62,789 nucleotides of DNA from Desulfurivibrionaceae bacterium (GTDB lineage: Bacteria; Desulfobacterota; Desulfobulbia; Desulfobulbales; JAGXFP01), in contig JAWOIQ010000025.1 of assembly GCA_046484585.1 (NCBI GenBank), forward strand, positions 1 to 62,789, in the 5' to 3' direction. The stretch's first letter is position 1. Each line of letters begins with the position of its first letter. Below the pieces are notes generated by a model. That model searched no databases. It was not told where the DNA came from and worked only from the letters and a program-made list of their open reading frames with translations. The position numbers and the translations under genes are program-made. This document shows positions 1-9,423 of the stretch, one piece after another.

Positions 1-216
1 GATAATTCTGGAAAGGGGCGGGTTTGAAGCCGAAATAACCAAGCTCAGACACCAGGGCTGACTTGTCGTCATCCAGGGGGATGTTTGGAGAATTTATCCA
101 TTAACGGAACAGTTCGGAGAATCGGAATAAGCGGGGTGACCTGAGAAAATTCATGGTCGGATCGGCGTCGCCAACCAGAAAGACGGCGCCACAGGAGATC
201 TGATATAGAGAGAAAT

Positions 217-293
217 TGGTCGGGACGAGAGGATTCGAACCTCCGGCCCCAGCGTCCCGAACGCTGTGCTCTACCAGACTGAGCCACGTCCCG
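217..293 (-). tRNA. tRNA-Pro (anticodon CGG), CCA encoded
   Basis: The reverse complement reads CGGGACGTGGCTCAGTCTGGTAGAGCACAGCGTTCGGGACGCTGGGGCCGGAGGTTCGAATCCTCTCGTCCCGACCA. It has a 7-bp acceptor stem, a GGTTCGAATCC T-arm, and anticodon loop TTCGGGA. Confidence 0.9.
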
Positions 294-465
294 ACCCGGG
301 AACTAAATGTTGCAGCACTCTATAAATTAAAATCTTAAAAAGGACAAGAAATAGATCGTCGATCTCGAAAAAAGTGGAGCGCCGGACAGGGCCGGACTGA
401 CAATGCCGGCTAACCCATTAATTCATCTTTACTTAGCTAAGTTTTACGACGCCATCATAAACTCA

Positions 466-491
466 GGGGTTAGAAGTGATCTTCTAACCCC
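466..491 (-). terminator. hairpin downstream of hup (GGGGTTAGAAG-TGAT-CTTCTAACCCC)
   Basis: Perfect 11-bp stem 47 nt past the hup stop. The U-tract on the minus strand is weak. Confidence 0.4.
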
Positions 492-537
492 CGAGAAAAA
501 CAACAAGTTGAAATGATACTTATTACAGACAGGTCCT

Positions 538-810
538 TTACTTTACAGCGTCGGCCAACTTGCTGCCTGGTTTGAAACGGGCAACCTTACGAGCCGGAAT
601 CTTGATGGCGGCGCCGGTCTGGGGATTACGGCCCTGACGAGCGGATCTCTTTGAAATGGAAAAGGTACCGAAACCGACCAAAGTCACTTTGTCCCCTTTA
701 GACAGCGCCCCTGATATTGAATCAAGTAACCCGGTAAGAGCTCTCTCAGCGGCGGCTTTACTAATCCCAGCGGCATCAGCCATGTTTTCTACCAATTCAC
801 CTTTGTTCAT
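538..810 (-). CDS. hup: HU family DNA-binding protein
   Basis: 90 aa. MNKGELV...FGTFSISKRSARQGRNPQTGAAIKIPARKVARFKPG is a typical HU/IHF fold signature. Confidence 0.9.
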   Translation of the reverse strand: MNKGELVENMADAAGISKAAAERALTGLLDSISGALSKGDKVTLVGFGTFSISKRSARQGRNPQTGAAIKIPARKVARFKPGSKLADAVK

Positions 811-1095
811 GCTCGCATTCCTCCTGTAAATTTGTGGTTCATTGCCCTCGTTGGTTTATCTCAACCAGAATTGATTGATCTAACCAAATGAAATTTTCAT
901 TGTCAAACAAAAAACTCAGCGTTGACAACCCAAAATCACTAGTTATTACATCCTAATCCGAATCAAATATCAAGAAAAAAAGAGCAAATAGTTAAAAAGT
1001 TCATTCTGAAATTATTTGTTAATTATCTAAATCCATTCACAAGCCTGAAGGGACCGACATCAACTCTTTGTTTTATGGTAACAAAAACCTCCTTG

Positions 1096-1869
1096 TCATC
1101 TTCCCCGCACGGATAGCCATAAATTAACGATACCCACTGCCCCGAACTCGAAAAGCATCTTTTCTCTGACTTCCGATTGAAAAAACCTTTCCAGGTCTGC
1201 TTCTTTTACTGCAATTTTAACCGATTGACTATCACACAACCCGACCCGGACTCCGGAAAAACCCGCCTCGATCAGGATGCCTTCATAACGTGCGACCAGG
1301 CCGAGTTTTTCGGCATTGATCGCAACGCCCGTCGGAATCCTGGTTGCCAGACATGAAGCGGATTCACGGTTCCAGGTCGGCACCCCGAGCAATTTGCCCA
1401 GGGAACGGACATCCGTTTTGCTCAACCCGGCTTCGATCAGCGGAGTTTTCACGTCCAATTCGATAAGGGCCCGCCTGCCGGGGCGGTCCTGCTGGAGGTC
1501 GTCAAGATTAGTGCCGTCGAGAACGAACATTTCACGCCGGGGCAACAGCTCCTTGAATATCCGATAAACCTTTTTTTTGCAGTGATAACAACGATCCGGA
1601 GGATTGTCGGTAAAATCCCGCCACTGCAAGGGAGTCAACTCGACGACCCGCAAATCGGCGCCTAGATCCCGGGCGGTCCGGATGGCATTGCTACGATCAG
1701 CATCGGTCTGAAGGACCGAATCACCAAAAAAAGCCGGGGCATTCGCGCCAAAGACATCGACCGCGGCTTTTAGAAGAAGAGAGCTATCCGCCCCACCGGA
1801 AAAAGCGACAACGCCGGGAACTTCGGCGAGAACGGCCTTTAAGGCCTCATATTTACGGAGCAGCTTCAT
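1096..1869 (-). CDS. PP-loop ATP pyrophosphatase, LarE/TIGR00268-like sulfur transferase family
   Basis: SGGADS PP-loop motif near the N-terminus (VVAFSGGADSSLL). 257 aa, with a CxxC motif (RCYHCKK). Confidence 0.7.
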   Translation of the reverse strand: MKLLRKYEALKAVLAEVPGVVAFSGGADSSLLLKAAVDVFGANAPAFFGDSVLQTDADRSNAIRTARDLGADLRVVELTPLQWRDFTDNPPDRCYHCKKKVYRIFKELLPRREMFVLDGTNLDDLQQDRPGRRALIELDVKTPLIEAGLSKTDVRSLGKLLGVPTWNRESASCLATRIPTGVAINAEKLGLVARYEGILIEAGFSGVRVGLCDSQSVKIAVKEADLERFFQSEVREKMLFEFGAVGIVNLWLSVRGR

Positions 1870-1908
1870 TAGGGTGAAAACCTGGACAGGTGCATGAAAA
1901 TATCGCCT

Positions 1909-3081
1909 TCAATTTCCATTAGGTAACATTTTTACAGGCGTGCTCAACTCAAAGCCCTCTTTCTCGATCCATTTCTTCAAAGTCTCGGCAATTTCACGGG
2001 CTCTGACAACACTGGACAACGGCGCGGTCCGCACCGGATTCCCGTTAACTTGGATCTGGCCGCTCTTAAGCTCGGCGTAGCTGACTTCACCGTAATTCCT
2101 GGCAATCCCGTGGGAATAGTCATGGGAATAATCGACCACCTGGGTAAAGATATCCTCGTCAGCGACACCGGTGAAGGCCGCGATCTCTTCATTAAAAATT
2201 GGAATCGGCACTCCGACCCCGACTGCAAGGGTGCAACCATAACCCTGCATACTGACCCCCTTGAGCCAGCGCGAAGACATCTGCTTGAGATCACCCTGCA
2301 ACATCAGGGTGCCGGCGGGTCGTACCGGTACGCCGTTTGCGCCCCGAGGCGCCATGGGGTTATGCTGGGTGCCGTGCCAGGTCACATACCCCTCGCCGCC
2401 GCCGAGAAAGATTCTGGTGCCCAGGCCGATGGTGCGGTAGTACGGATCGTTGATCAACGGACTCAACTGGCCGGCGCTGCAATAGGTGGCGTTACGGCCC
2501 TTGGCTTTCAGGGTACCCATATAGGTATAGATGGTCTTCTCGGAAAGATTGATGGCGCAGTTATAATTCTGGTAGGAGTTTCTGGGATTGCAAAGCAGGG
2601 CGTGGGGAAGATCGGCCAAGGTAAAGCTTTTAACCAGGCTGCGATTGGGATAACAATCAGTCCCGTATCCGCTCCCCTCCAAAACAATCTCCCTGCCCGC
2701 CACCAGATCCTCGATGACGTGTCCGCCGCCGTAACGGAATTCCCCGGGGTAAACCTTATTGAGGGGATCGTCCTCGGTTGGTTCGGTGGCGCCGATATAG
2801 ATATCGACCGCGGCCAGACCGCCGTAAGCCGGCACTCTGTTCAACGAAGCCTTCGCCGCCTTGAAAGTAGGATTGACCGGCCCGAAATTTATAAAGGCGC
2901 CGGAAGAACACATCGGCGAAAAAGTTCCGGTGGTGACAACATCAATCTGTCGGGCAGCCTCAACCGCTCCCTTCTCCTTAACGATCGAAACCATTTCCTC
3001 GGCGGTAACCACCACCGCTTCTCCTGAACGGATGCGAGCATTGATTTCTTCAATCGATTTTACTACCTGATAACTGCTCAT
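1909..3081 (-). CDS. COG1900-type homocysteine biosynthesis protein (MJ0100 N-domain family)
   Basis: 390 aa. By recall it resembles the family that makes homocysteine from aspartate semialdehyde plus sulfide in methanogens and sulfate reducers. Confidence 0.6.
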   Translation of the reverse strand: MSSYQVVKSIEEINARIRSGEAVVVTAEEMVSIVKEKGAVEAARQIDVVTTGTFSPMCSSGAFINFGPVNPTFKAAKASLNRVPAYGGLAAVDIYIGATEPTEDDPLNKVYPGEFRYGGGHVIEDLVAGREIVLEGSGYGTDCYPNRSLVKSFTLADLPHALLCNPRNSYQNYNCAINLSEKTIYTYMGTLKAKGRNATYCSAGQLSPLINDPYYRTIGLGTRIFLGGGEGYVTWHGTQHNPMAPRGANGVPVRPAGTLMLQGDLKQMSSRWLKGVSMQGYGCTLAVGVGVPIPIFNEEIAAFTGVADEDIFTQVVDYSHDYSHGIARNYGEVSYAELKSGQIQVNGNPVRTAPLSSVVRAREIAETLKKWIEKEGFELSTPVKMLPNGN

Positions 3082-3137
3082 CTATTGATTCACCTTAATA
3101 GTTGATGGTGCCACAAAAAAGCCGCCAGACCATGGCC

Positions 3138-3313
3138 CCTGAATCCGTGAACGTTAGAGAACGGCCCAGATACCAAGGAGGCCAGGATGTTGATCATGCT
3201 GAGGGTATATCAACGAGTTGTCGACGCGGCAGATCACCCTTTACAGGAACGCCTGAAAGGCGACGGGCAAATTCATCCACCGCGACCCAAGACAGATAAA
3301 CAAGTAATTCAGG
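3138..3313 (+). mobile_element. MITE family B copy (diverged subfamily)
   Basis: Starts with CCTGAATCCGTGA and ends with AATTCAGG. Internal GGTATATCAACGAGTTG and GAACGCCTGAA.GGCG blocks are shared with the copies at 6730 and 11949. Confidence 0.55.
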
Positions 3314-3378
3314 ATTGGCAATAGCAAACTAGCCGATGGTCGTCAAGGATTTAGGTTTATCCGAGGATCAGGCTGCAA

Positions 3379-3978
3379 TCAGTCCATAATCGAAATAACC
3401 CGATGGCCGGCGGACTCAAGGGCCTTTACCACCGGTTCGATATGGCCCTTGCCGAGCCTGAAATAGTAGACCTTGGGACTGGAGTTGCGTATTTCAGCGG
3501 CGACACTGAATATCTCGATCTCGTTTTCCTTGATGATTCTGGTAACATCCTCCACCCCGCCATCCATGTCGACAATAACGTCAAGACGGGTTGACGACTG
3601 GAGCAACCCCATGACCTCGATAAAACCAGCGATTATATCGGAAGAGGTAATCACCCCGACCAGTCTATCCCCCTCCATAACGGGCAAACCGCCGATCTTA
3701 TGGTCGTGGATCATCCGGGCCGCCTTGTCAATACTGGAATCGACGTCTATGGTGATCGGATTGACCGCCATCACATCATGGACATGTATATCCTCTACCA
3801 TTGAAGGGAAAAAGTACTGGCGGAGATCGGTCTGGGTGATAAACCCTTCCAGCCGACTGCCGTCGACCACCGGCAGATGGCGAATCGAATACTTCTTCAT
3901 CAATTCGGCCGCCCGCTGAATCAGCATGGTCCTGCCGATAGTCACGGGATCCGGTTTCATCCAGTTTTTAACCTTCAT
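3379..3978 (-). CDS. CBS-domain pair protein with C-terminal ACT-like domain (AcuB-like)
   Basis: 199 aa. Two CBS repeats (IRHLPVV..., IGGLPVM...). Confidence 0.7.
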   Translation of the reverse strand: MKVKNWMKPDPVTIGRTMLIQRAAELMKKYSIRHLPVVDGSRLEGFITQTDLRQYFFPSMVEDIHVHDVMAVNPITIDVDSSIDKAARMIHDHKIGGLPVMEGDRLVGVITSSDIIAGFIEVMGLLQSSTRLDVIVDMDGGVEDVTRIIKENEIEIFSVAAEIRNSSPKVYYFRLGKGHIEPVVKALESAGHRVISIMD

Positions 3979-4459
3979 TTCGTGGCATGCCTTTGAAAAT
4001 ATTAAAGGTTACCCTACTCCGGCATGGAAACCGCAATCAGGCTTCAATACCGACCAATATTAAAGTTAGAACAAAAGACCTTTTATTTCAAGCCGGAAAA
4101 ATCTGGCGGCAAGGATTGAAGGGGTAAAGACTCAGCAGCCCCATGAAAAATTCCATTTGCGGTTTTCAGGCAGTCAAACCGAACTCGCTTTTCCGGGGAT
4201 GGAGCTGCACCCGGTTTTAAAAAGGAGGGTTAGGATTGTGGCGAAAAGAGGCGAGTGAATTTCGAATAATGCAAGAGTACCCTATACGCCGCACTGAATT
4301 GACAATCGGAATCCACGCAAGGAGCGACTTTATGCTACTCCAGACCTTTGAACAGTAGAAGTTCCTTAAAAAAAACATCGGAAACTATTTCGACTTGTTG
4401 ATTATGTTTTTTCTAATTAAGATTGCAATCCTTCCAAGACTGAATAATCGATAAGAAAT

Positions 4460-5593
4460 TTGAAAAAAAACGGATTCGCAGCCATGTCAAACGATGACGA
4501 GCAGACCAACGAACCATCACAACCCAAAGCACTCCTGAAGATTCGGGACCGCATCGACGAAATTGATCAGGAAATTTTATCCCTGCTGAAAGAAAGACTC
4601 GCTTGCGCCAGGAAAATCGGCCAGCTCAAAAGCCATGACGATATGCCGAAATGGGACCCGAAACGGGAAAGGCAGATATTCGAACGGCTGCACAAAAGCA
4701 ATACCGGCGTCTTTCCCGAACCGTCACTCGATTCCATCTTTCAGGAAATCATCACCACCTGCCGTCTTTCCCAAAAAAAAATAGAAGTCGCGTATCTCGG
4801 CCCCGAGGCGACTTTCTCCAATCTGGCGGCGGTCGAATATTTCGGACAAAGCGCCTACTACCGATCGATGGAGACCATCGAGGATGTTTTCATCGAAACG
4901 GAGCGGGGCCGGGTCAATTACGGGATTGTACCGGTGGAAAACTCCATTGAGGGCGCGGTTACCTCTACCCTTGATTCCTTCATGAAATACAACGTCAAGA
5001 TCTGCGGCGAATTGAATCTCTGCATCAGCCACCATCTGGTCAACCAGTCGGGGGATATCAACGACATCAAAAAAGTGGTGTCCCACTCCCAACCCCTGGC
5101 CCAATGCCGGCAGTGGCTCAAGAAAAATCTGCCCGGGGTTAAGACCCAGACCGTCTTCAGCAGCGCGGTGGCCTCGATGATGGCCGCCGAGGATCCATCC
5201 CTGGCAGCTATTGCCAGCTCGATGGCCGTCAAGACCTATCATCTCCACACGGTGGTCAGGGGGATCGAGGACTACAGCGGCAACACCACCCGTTTTCTCT
5301 TGATCGGCCAGGAATCACCGGCCCGGAGCGGCTATGACAAGACCTCCCTGCTGGTCGGCCTTCTGGATCGTCCCGGCGCCCTCCACAACTCATTAAGCGT
5401 TCTCGCCGACCACGGCATAAATCTGACCAGGATCGAGTCGAGACCGTTAAAGGGCGAAGCCGGCAAGTACCTGTTCTTCCTGGACATGGAAGGGCACATC
5501 GAAGACGAAAACATCCGGCAGGGATGCGAGGAGCTGAAAAGCGGCTGTTCCTCGTTTGTCTGGCTGGGGTCCTATCCCCGTTCCCGATCCTGA
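4460..5593 (+). CDS. pheA: bifunctional chorismate mutase / prephenate dehydratase (P-protein)
   Basis: CM domain (LLKIRDRIDEIDQEILSLLKERL), PDT domain and a C-terminal ACT domain (ESRP motif). The start may instead be ATG 4484. Confidence 0.85.
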   Translation: MKKNGFAAMSNDDEQTNEPSQPKALLKIRDRIDEIDQEILSLLKERLACARKIGQLKSHDDMPKWDPKRERQIFERLHKSNTGVFPEPSLDSIFQEIITTCRLSQKKIEVAYLGPEATFSNLAAVEYFGQSAYYRSMETIEDVFIETERGRVNYGIVPVENSIEGAVTSTLDSFMKYNVKICGELNLCISHHLVNQSGDINDIKKVVSHSQPLAQCRQWLKKNLPGVKTQTVFSSAVASMMAAEDPSLAAIASSMAVKTYHLHTVVRGIEDYSGNTTRFLLIGQESPARSGYDKTSLLVGLLDRPGALHNSLSVLADHGINLTRIESRPLKGEAGKYLFFLDMEGHIEDENIRQGCEELKSGCSSFVWLGSYPRSRS

Positions 5594-5612
5594 CGGTGTC
5601 GTCAGGAAAACG

Positions 5613-6644
5613 CTAACCGCCGATTCTCGACATTCGGCCGTGGCAGTTCTTGATTTCAGACCCGGACAGCTTGTGTCCCTCGGGCTTATTCTTGATGGTC
5701 GCGATTAGGGCCGCGCGAATATCGGCGGCCGTGCCGCCGGACCTGATAATTGTCTTCAGATCGGTTTCCCGGTCGGTAAGCAGGCAGGAGCGCAAGCGGC
5801 CTTCGGCGGTCAGCCGCAGACGATTGCACCGGGCACAGAAATGATCGCTGATCGGGCTGATAAACCCCACGGTTCCCGCCGCCCCCGGCAGGCGAAAGGT
5901 CCTGGCCGGTCCGTCAAACCTGCCGCCGCCAACCGAGGTCAATCCGCCCAGTCCTCTCTCGATCCGGGCCATGATATCAGCGGACTTTATGTAATAATTC
6001 TGCCGCCAGTTGCTGTCGTCACCCATCGGCATAAACTCGATAAATCGAACCTGGAGCGGTTTCTCCACTGACAACCTGGCAAAATCGATAAACTCGTCGT
6101 CGTTAATGCCGTTCATCGCCACCACATTGAGCTTGATCGCGGCAAACTCCCGGCCAAGGGACTCCTCAATGCCCCGCCAGACCCCGCTAAAACCGTCAAC
6201 GCCGGTGATTTCCCGAAAACGCCCGGGTTTGAGGGTATCAAGGCTGATATTGAGTTTGCGGATCCCGGATTCATACAGCTCCGCAATTTTATCTGCCAGC
6301 AACATGCCGTTGGTGGTGATCCGCACCTCTTCAATGCCGTCAAGCCTGGCCAGTTCTCCGATAAAACCGGTGACATCGCGACGAACCAGGGGCTCCCCCC
6401 CAGTCAACCGGACTTTTTTGATACCCAGACCGGCCGCAACTTTTATGACTTCGAGCAACTCCTCGTAACTGAGCAACTCTCCGGCGGAAAGTTTGTCCTC
6501 AAGCGGTTTCGGCGTACAGTAAAAACAGCGCAGATTGCACTGATCGGTAAGAGAGACCCGCAGGTAACTGACCGAGCGGGCAAAAGAGTCGACAAGCCCT
6601 ATGTTTTTCGGCTGTTCCGATGGGTTGCTGCTGAAAATATTCAT
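5613..6644 (-). CDS. moaA: GTP 3',8-cyclase MoaA (radical SAM)
   Basis: CNLRCFYC radical-SAM motif, C-terminal CxxCxxxRLT cluster, GG tail. Confidence 0.9.
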   Translation of the reverse strand: MNIFSSNPSEQPKNIGLVDSFARSVSYLRVSLTDQCNLRCFYCTPKPLEDKLSAGELLSYEELLEVIKVAAGLGIKKVRLTGGEPLVRRDVTGFIGELARLDGIEEVRITTNGMLLADKIAELYESGIRKLNISLDTLKPGRFREITGVDGFSGVWRGIEESLGREFAAIKLNVVAMNGINDDEFIDFARLSVEKPLQVRFIEFMPMGDDSNWRQNYYIKSADIMARIERGLGGLTSVGGGRFDGPARTFRLPGAAGTVGFISPISDHFCARCNRLRLTAEGRLRSCLLTDRETDLKTIIRSGGTAADIRAALIATIKNKPEGHKLSGSEIKNCHGRMSRIGG

Positions 6645-6729
6645 TTAATGACCCAAACAATGTTTTTATGGAATACAGAGCCGATCGTTGCTATCTTGTC
6701 TAACCGATCACGCCTCAATCGAATTCAAA

Positions 6730-6947
6730 CCTGAATCAAAGAGCGTTAAAGAACCGGTCAGAGCAGGAAGGTGGGCCGATATTGATTATCTCACGTTATA
6801 TCAACGAGTTACCGGAACCACGGAAAGACCGAAAACGAACGCCCTGAAGGGCGGCGGAATCAGTTTATCCACCGCGATCACGGAGCGGATAAACAACCAA
6901 TTACAAGCTGGCAAGGGCATACGGCCCAATCGCCGTCATGGATTCAA
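6730..6947 (+). mobile_element. MITE family B copy (diverged)
   Basis: CCTGAATC...TCATGGATTCA termini. The internal TTATATCAACGAGTT and GCCCTGAAGGGCGGCGG blocks align to other B copies. Confidence 0.5.
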
Positions 6948-7071
6948 CTTATCTTAACCCTTATTAAACCGGTAGCCAAATTAAACCGTTAGCCAAATTA
7001 ATCGCTTTGTATTAAAGAAGACCAACTTGCAAAAAGGCACAGCGGAGCATAGCCCCCTTATAAACCTTACA

Positions 7072-7196
7072 CCTGAATCCATGACGGCTTAGTGCATTGA
7101 CTCACTATGTGATTGTTTTTACGTCAAATACGACAGTGATCCGAGGTGGCTGGAATGCACCCGCCGCCCTGCGGGGCGCCCTGGAACGGATTCAGA
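7072..7196 (-). mobile_element. MITE family B, internally deleted copy
   Basis: CCTGAATCCATGA ... GGATTCAGA termini, an internal GCGCCCCGCAGGGCGGCGGG block, and TTACA on both flanks. Confidence 0.6.
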
Positions 7197-7227
7197 TTAC
7201 AAGCTTCAGGAAATCACCAAAATCATC

Positions 7228-8232
7228 ATGTTGATCCTCGGAATTGAAAGTTCCTGCGACGAGACCGCGGCCGCGGTATTGGCCGACGGCAAAACCCTGC
7301 TGGCCGATGTCATCAACTCCCAGGTTGATATACATGCCCTTTACGGCGGAGTGGTCCCGGAACTTGCCTCGCGGCAGCACATCCGGAATATCAGCCACGT
7401 AGTCGATACCGCCCTGAAAGAAGCCGGGCTGACCCTGGACCAGATTGACGGGCTGGCGGTGACCGAAGGACCGGGACTGATCGGATGCTTGCTGGTGGGC
7501 CACACCTATGCCAAAGCTCTTTCGCTGGTTCGGCAAATTCCCATGGTCGGAGTCGACCACCTGACCGGCCATCTGCTATCGATCTTCCTAGCCGAGGAAC
7601 ACCCGGCCTTTCCTTATATTGCGATGGTCGCTTCCGGGGGTCATTCGAGCATCTTTCTGGTCGAAGGGCCCGAAAAGTTCAAACTGCTCGGCCGTACCCG
7701 TGACGATGCCGCCGGCGAAGCCTTCGATAAAGTCGCCAAACTTCTCGGTCTCGGCTATCCCGGCGGACCACTTATCAGCAGAGCGGCCGAGAAGGGAGAT
7801 CCCGAAGCCATTAATTTTCCCAGGGCGTGGCTGGGCCGTGACAACCTGGACTTCAGCTTCAGTGGTCTGAAAACGGCGGTGGCCAATTATGTCAATCAAC
7901 ATAAAAAAAAGGACATGGAGCTGAACATTGCCGACCTCTGCGCCTCCTTTCAGGAAGCAATCGTCGAGGTGATTACCACCAAAACCCTGCGGGCCGCAAG
8001 TCAGAACGGCTGCCGGAATATCGTTCTGGCCGGCGGAGTCGGCGCTAATCCGCGTCTGCGGGAATTAATGCTCAACCGAGGCAGGGCGGAAAACAAAAGC
8101 GTCTTTCTGAACCCGAAAAGATTCTGTACCGACAACGCGGCGATGATCGCCCTGGCCGGCTATTTAAAGTTCAAGGGTAACGCGGAAATCTGTCCGGATT
8201 CCGACGTCTATTCGAGATCGACCTTCAGTTGA
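7228..8232 (+). CDS. tsaD: tRNA N6-adenosine threonylcarbamoyltransferase TsaD
   Basis: MLILGIESSCDETAAAV N-terminus, 334 aa. Confidence 0.9.
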   Translation: MLILGIESSCDETAAAVLADGKTLLADVINSQVDIHALYGGVVPELASRQHIRNISHVVDTALKEAGLTLDQIDGLAVTEGPGLIGCLLVGHTYAKALSLVRQIPMVGVDHLTGHLLSIFLAEEHPAFPYIAMVASGGHSSIFLVEGPEKFKLLGRTRDDAAGEAFDKVAKLLGLGYPGGPLISRAAEKGDPEAINFPRAWLGRDNLDFSFSGLKTAVANYVNQHKKKDMELNIADLCASFQEAIVEVITTKTLRAASQNGCRNIVLAGGVGANPRLRELMLNRGRAENKSVFLNPKRFCTDNAAMIALAGYLKFKGNAEICPDSDVYSRSTFS

Positions 8233-8238
8233 AAAATG

Positions 8239-8393
8239 GTAACCGTTCAGCAGCACCGCATCTTCGGACTATCGGCCCGGCTTACGTACACGAGGTACGC
8301 GGCGCCGGTCCGCTTGTCCAAATCTGCATCACTGCTAAACAGTTACAGTCCGGCGGTTCTGGATACTTTGGCGTCCCCCCGGTGAACGGTTAC
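8239..8393 (+). mobile_element. MITE family A copy 1 (155 bp), flanked by 8-bp TSD GAAAAATG (8231-8238 and 8394-8401)
   Basis: Termini are GTAACCGTTCAG / GAACGGTTAC. It is about 90% identical to the copies at 41390 and 47632 and has perfect flanking direct repeats. Confidence 0.9.
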
Positions 8394-8398
8394 GAAAA

Positions 8399-9268
8399 AT
8401 GAAAAAGCAAAATAACATAAAACAAACACTCAGGAACTCAAGGCTGGCGCCCAGTAAAGAGCGCGGTCAGAATTTCCTGGTCAATCCGGCGATCTCCGAG
8501 GCCATTATCGCCAAAGCCGGTGTTACCGGAGAGGACACGATCATTGAACTCGGAGTGGGTCTGGGGGCCGTGACCATTCCCCTGGCGGCGAAAGCCCGAG
8601 AGGTGATCGGCATTGAGCTGGACAAAGGCATCGTCGAATGGCATCAGGAGCAAAATATCCTGCCGTCTAACGTCACCCTGATCCATCAGGATCTCCTCAA
8701 GACCGATTTTCGGGAATTATCCGCCCGGATCGGCGGCAAACTGAAGATCATCGCCAATCTGCCCTACTCGATCTCCAACCCCTTGATTTTCAAACTCATC
8801 GAAAATCGTGACGTGATGGAATACGCGGTTTTGATGCTGCAAAAGGAAGTCGGCCAACGTCTGCAGGCGTCCCCGGGAACAAAGGTCTACGGAGTGCTGT
8901 CGGTCCTGCTCGCTGCCTGTGCCTCGACAAAAATCATCATGGAGGTGGGACCGGAACAGTTTCACCCCCGCCCGAAAATCGACTCGGTAGTCACCAGGAT
9001 CCTTTTCGACCCGCCCCCATTGAGGGTCAGGGAACTGCCGGACCATGACCCGGCCCTGCTCAAGAAAGCGGTAAACGCCGCCTTTCAGCAGCGGCGCAAG
9101 ACTCTGTTCAACAGTCTCTCTTCATCGAGTATTCCCAATACCGACAAAAAAAAGCTGAAAGTTGTTCTGGAAAAAGCCGGGATCGACCCCAAGGTTCGAC
9201 CCGAAAAGTTGTCAGTCGAGGAATTTGTCCGGCTGGTCAACACGATCCAAAATCCTGATTTGCCTTGA
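8399..9268 (+). CDS. rsmA: 16S rRNA (adenine1518/1519-N6)-dimethyltransferase RsmA/KsgA
   Basis: ERGQNFLVNP motif, a SAM-binding ELGVGLGA motif, 289 aa. Confidence 0.9.
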   Translation: MKKQNNIKQTLRNSRLAPSKERGQNFLVNPAISEAIIAKAGVTGEDTIIELGVGLGAVTIPLAAKAREVIGIELDKGIVEWHQEQNILPSNVTLIHQDLLKTDFRELSARIGGKLKIIANLPYSISNPLIFKLIENRDVMEYAVLMLQKEVGQRLQASPGTKVYGVLSVLLAACASTKIIMEVGPEQFHPRPKIDSVVTRILFDPPPLRVRELPDHDPALLKKAVNAAFQQRRKTLFNSLSSSSIPNTDKKKLKVVLEKAGIDPKVRPEKLSVEEFVRLVNTIQNPDLP

Positions 9269-9269
9269 T

Positions 9270-9412
9270 CCTGAATCCGTAATTGCTTTGCAGAAGATTT
9301 TGCTCTATCAGTTTTGATGGCGTCGCAAAAAGTCCAATCTATATACCATTAGTATTATCAACATCGCTGCCGCCTTGCATCTGCACCGTTCTCGAACGCT
9401 CACGGATTCAGG
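9270..9412 (-). mobile_element. MITE family B copy with a family-C-like core
   Basis: In reverse complement it begins CCTGAATCCGTGAGCGTTCGAGAACGGTGCAGATGCAAGGCGGC. It then carries GACTTTTTGCGACGCCATC (the family C terminus) and ends ...CAATTACGGATTCAGG. Confidence 0.7.
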
Positions 9413-9423
9413 CTGATGACAAA

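Noticed and set aside
2-61. Possible 3' end of a plus-strand gene (...IILERGGFEAEITKLRHQG*)
   Set aside because: Only 19 codons are visible and no family can be assigned, so it cannot be supported as a feature.
69-287. 72-aa minus-strand ORF
   Set aside because: It overlaps the tRNA-Pro gene (217-293) and is Arg/Ser-rich with no recognisable fold. I treat it as spurious.
6645-6730. Moco riboswitch upstream of moaA
   Set aside because: I could not see the conserved Moco-motif stems or loops in the ~85 nt between the moaA start and the adjacent MITE. A covariance-model scan would be needed to exclude it.
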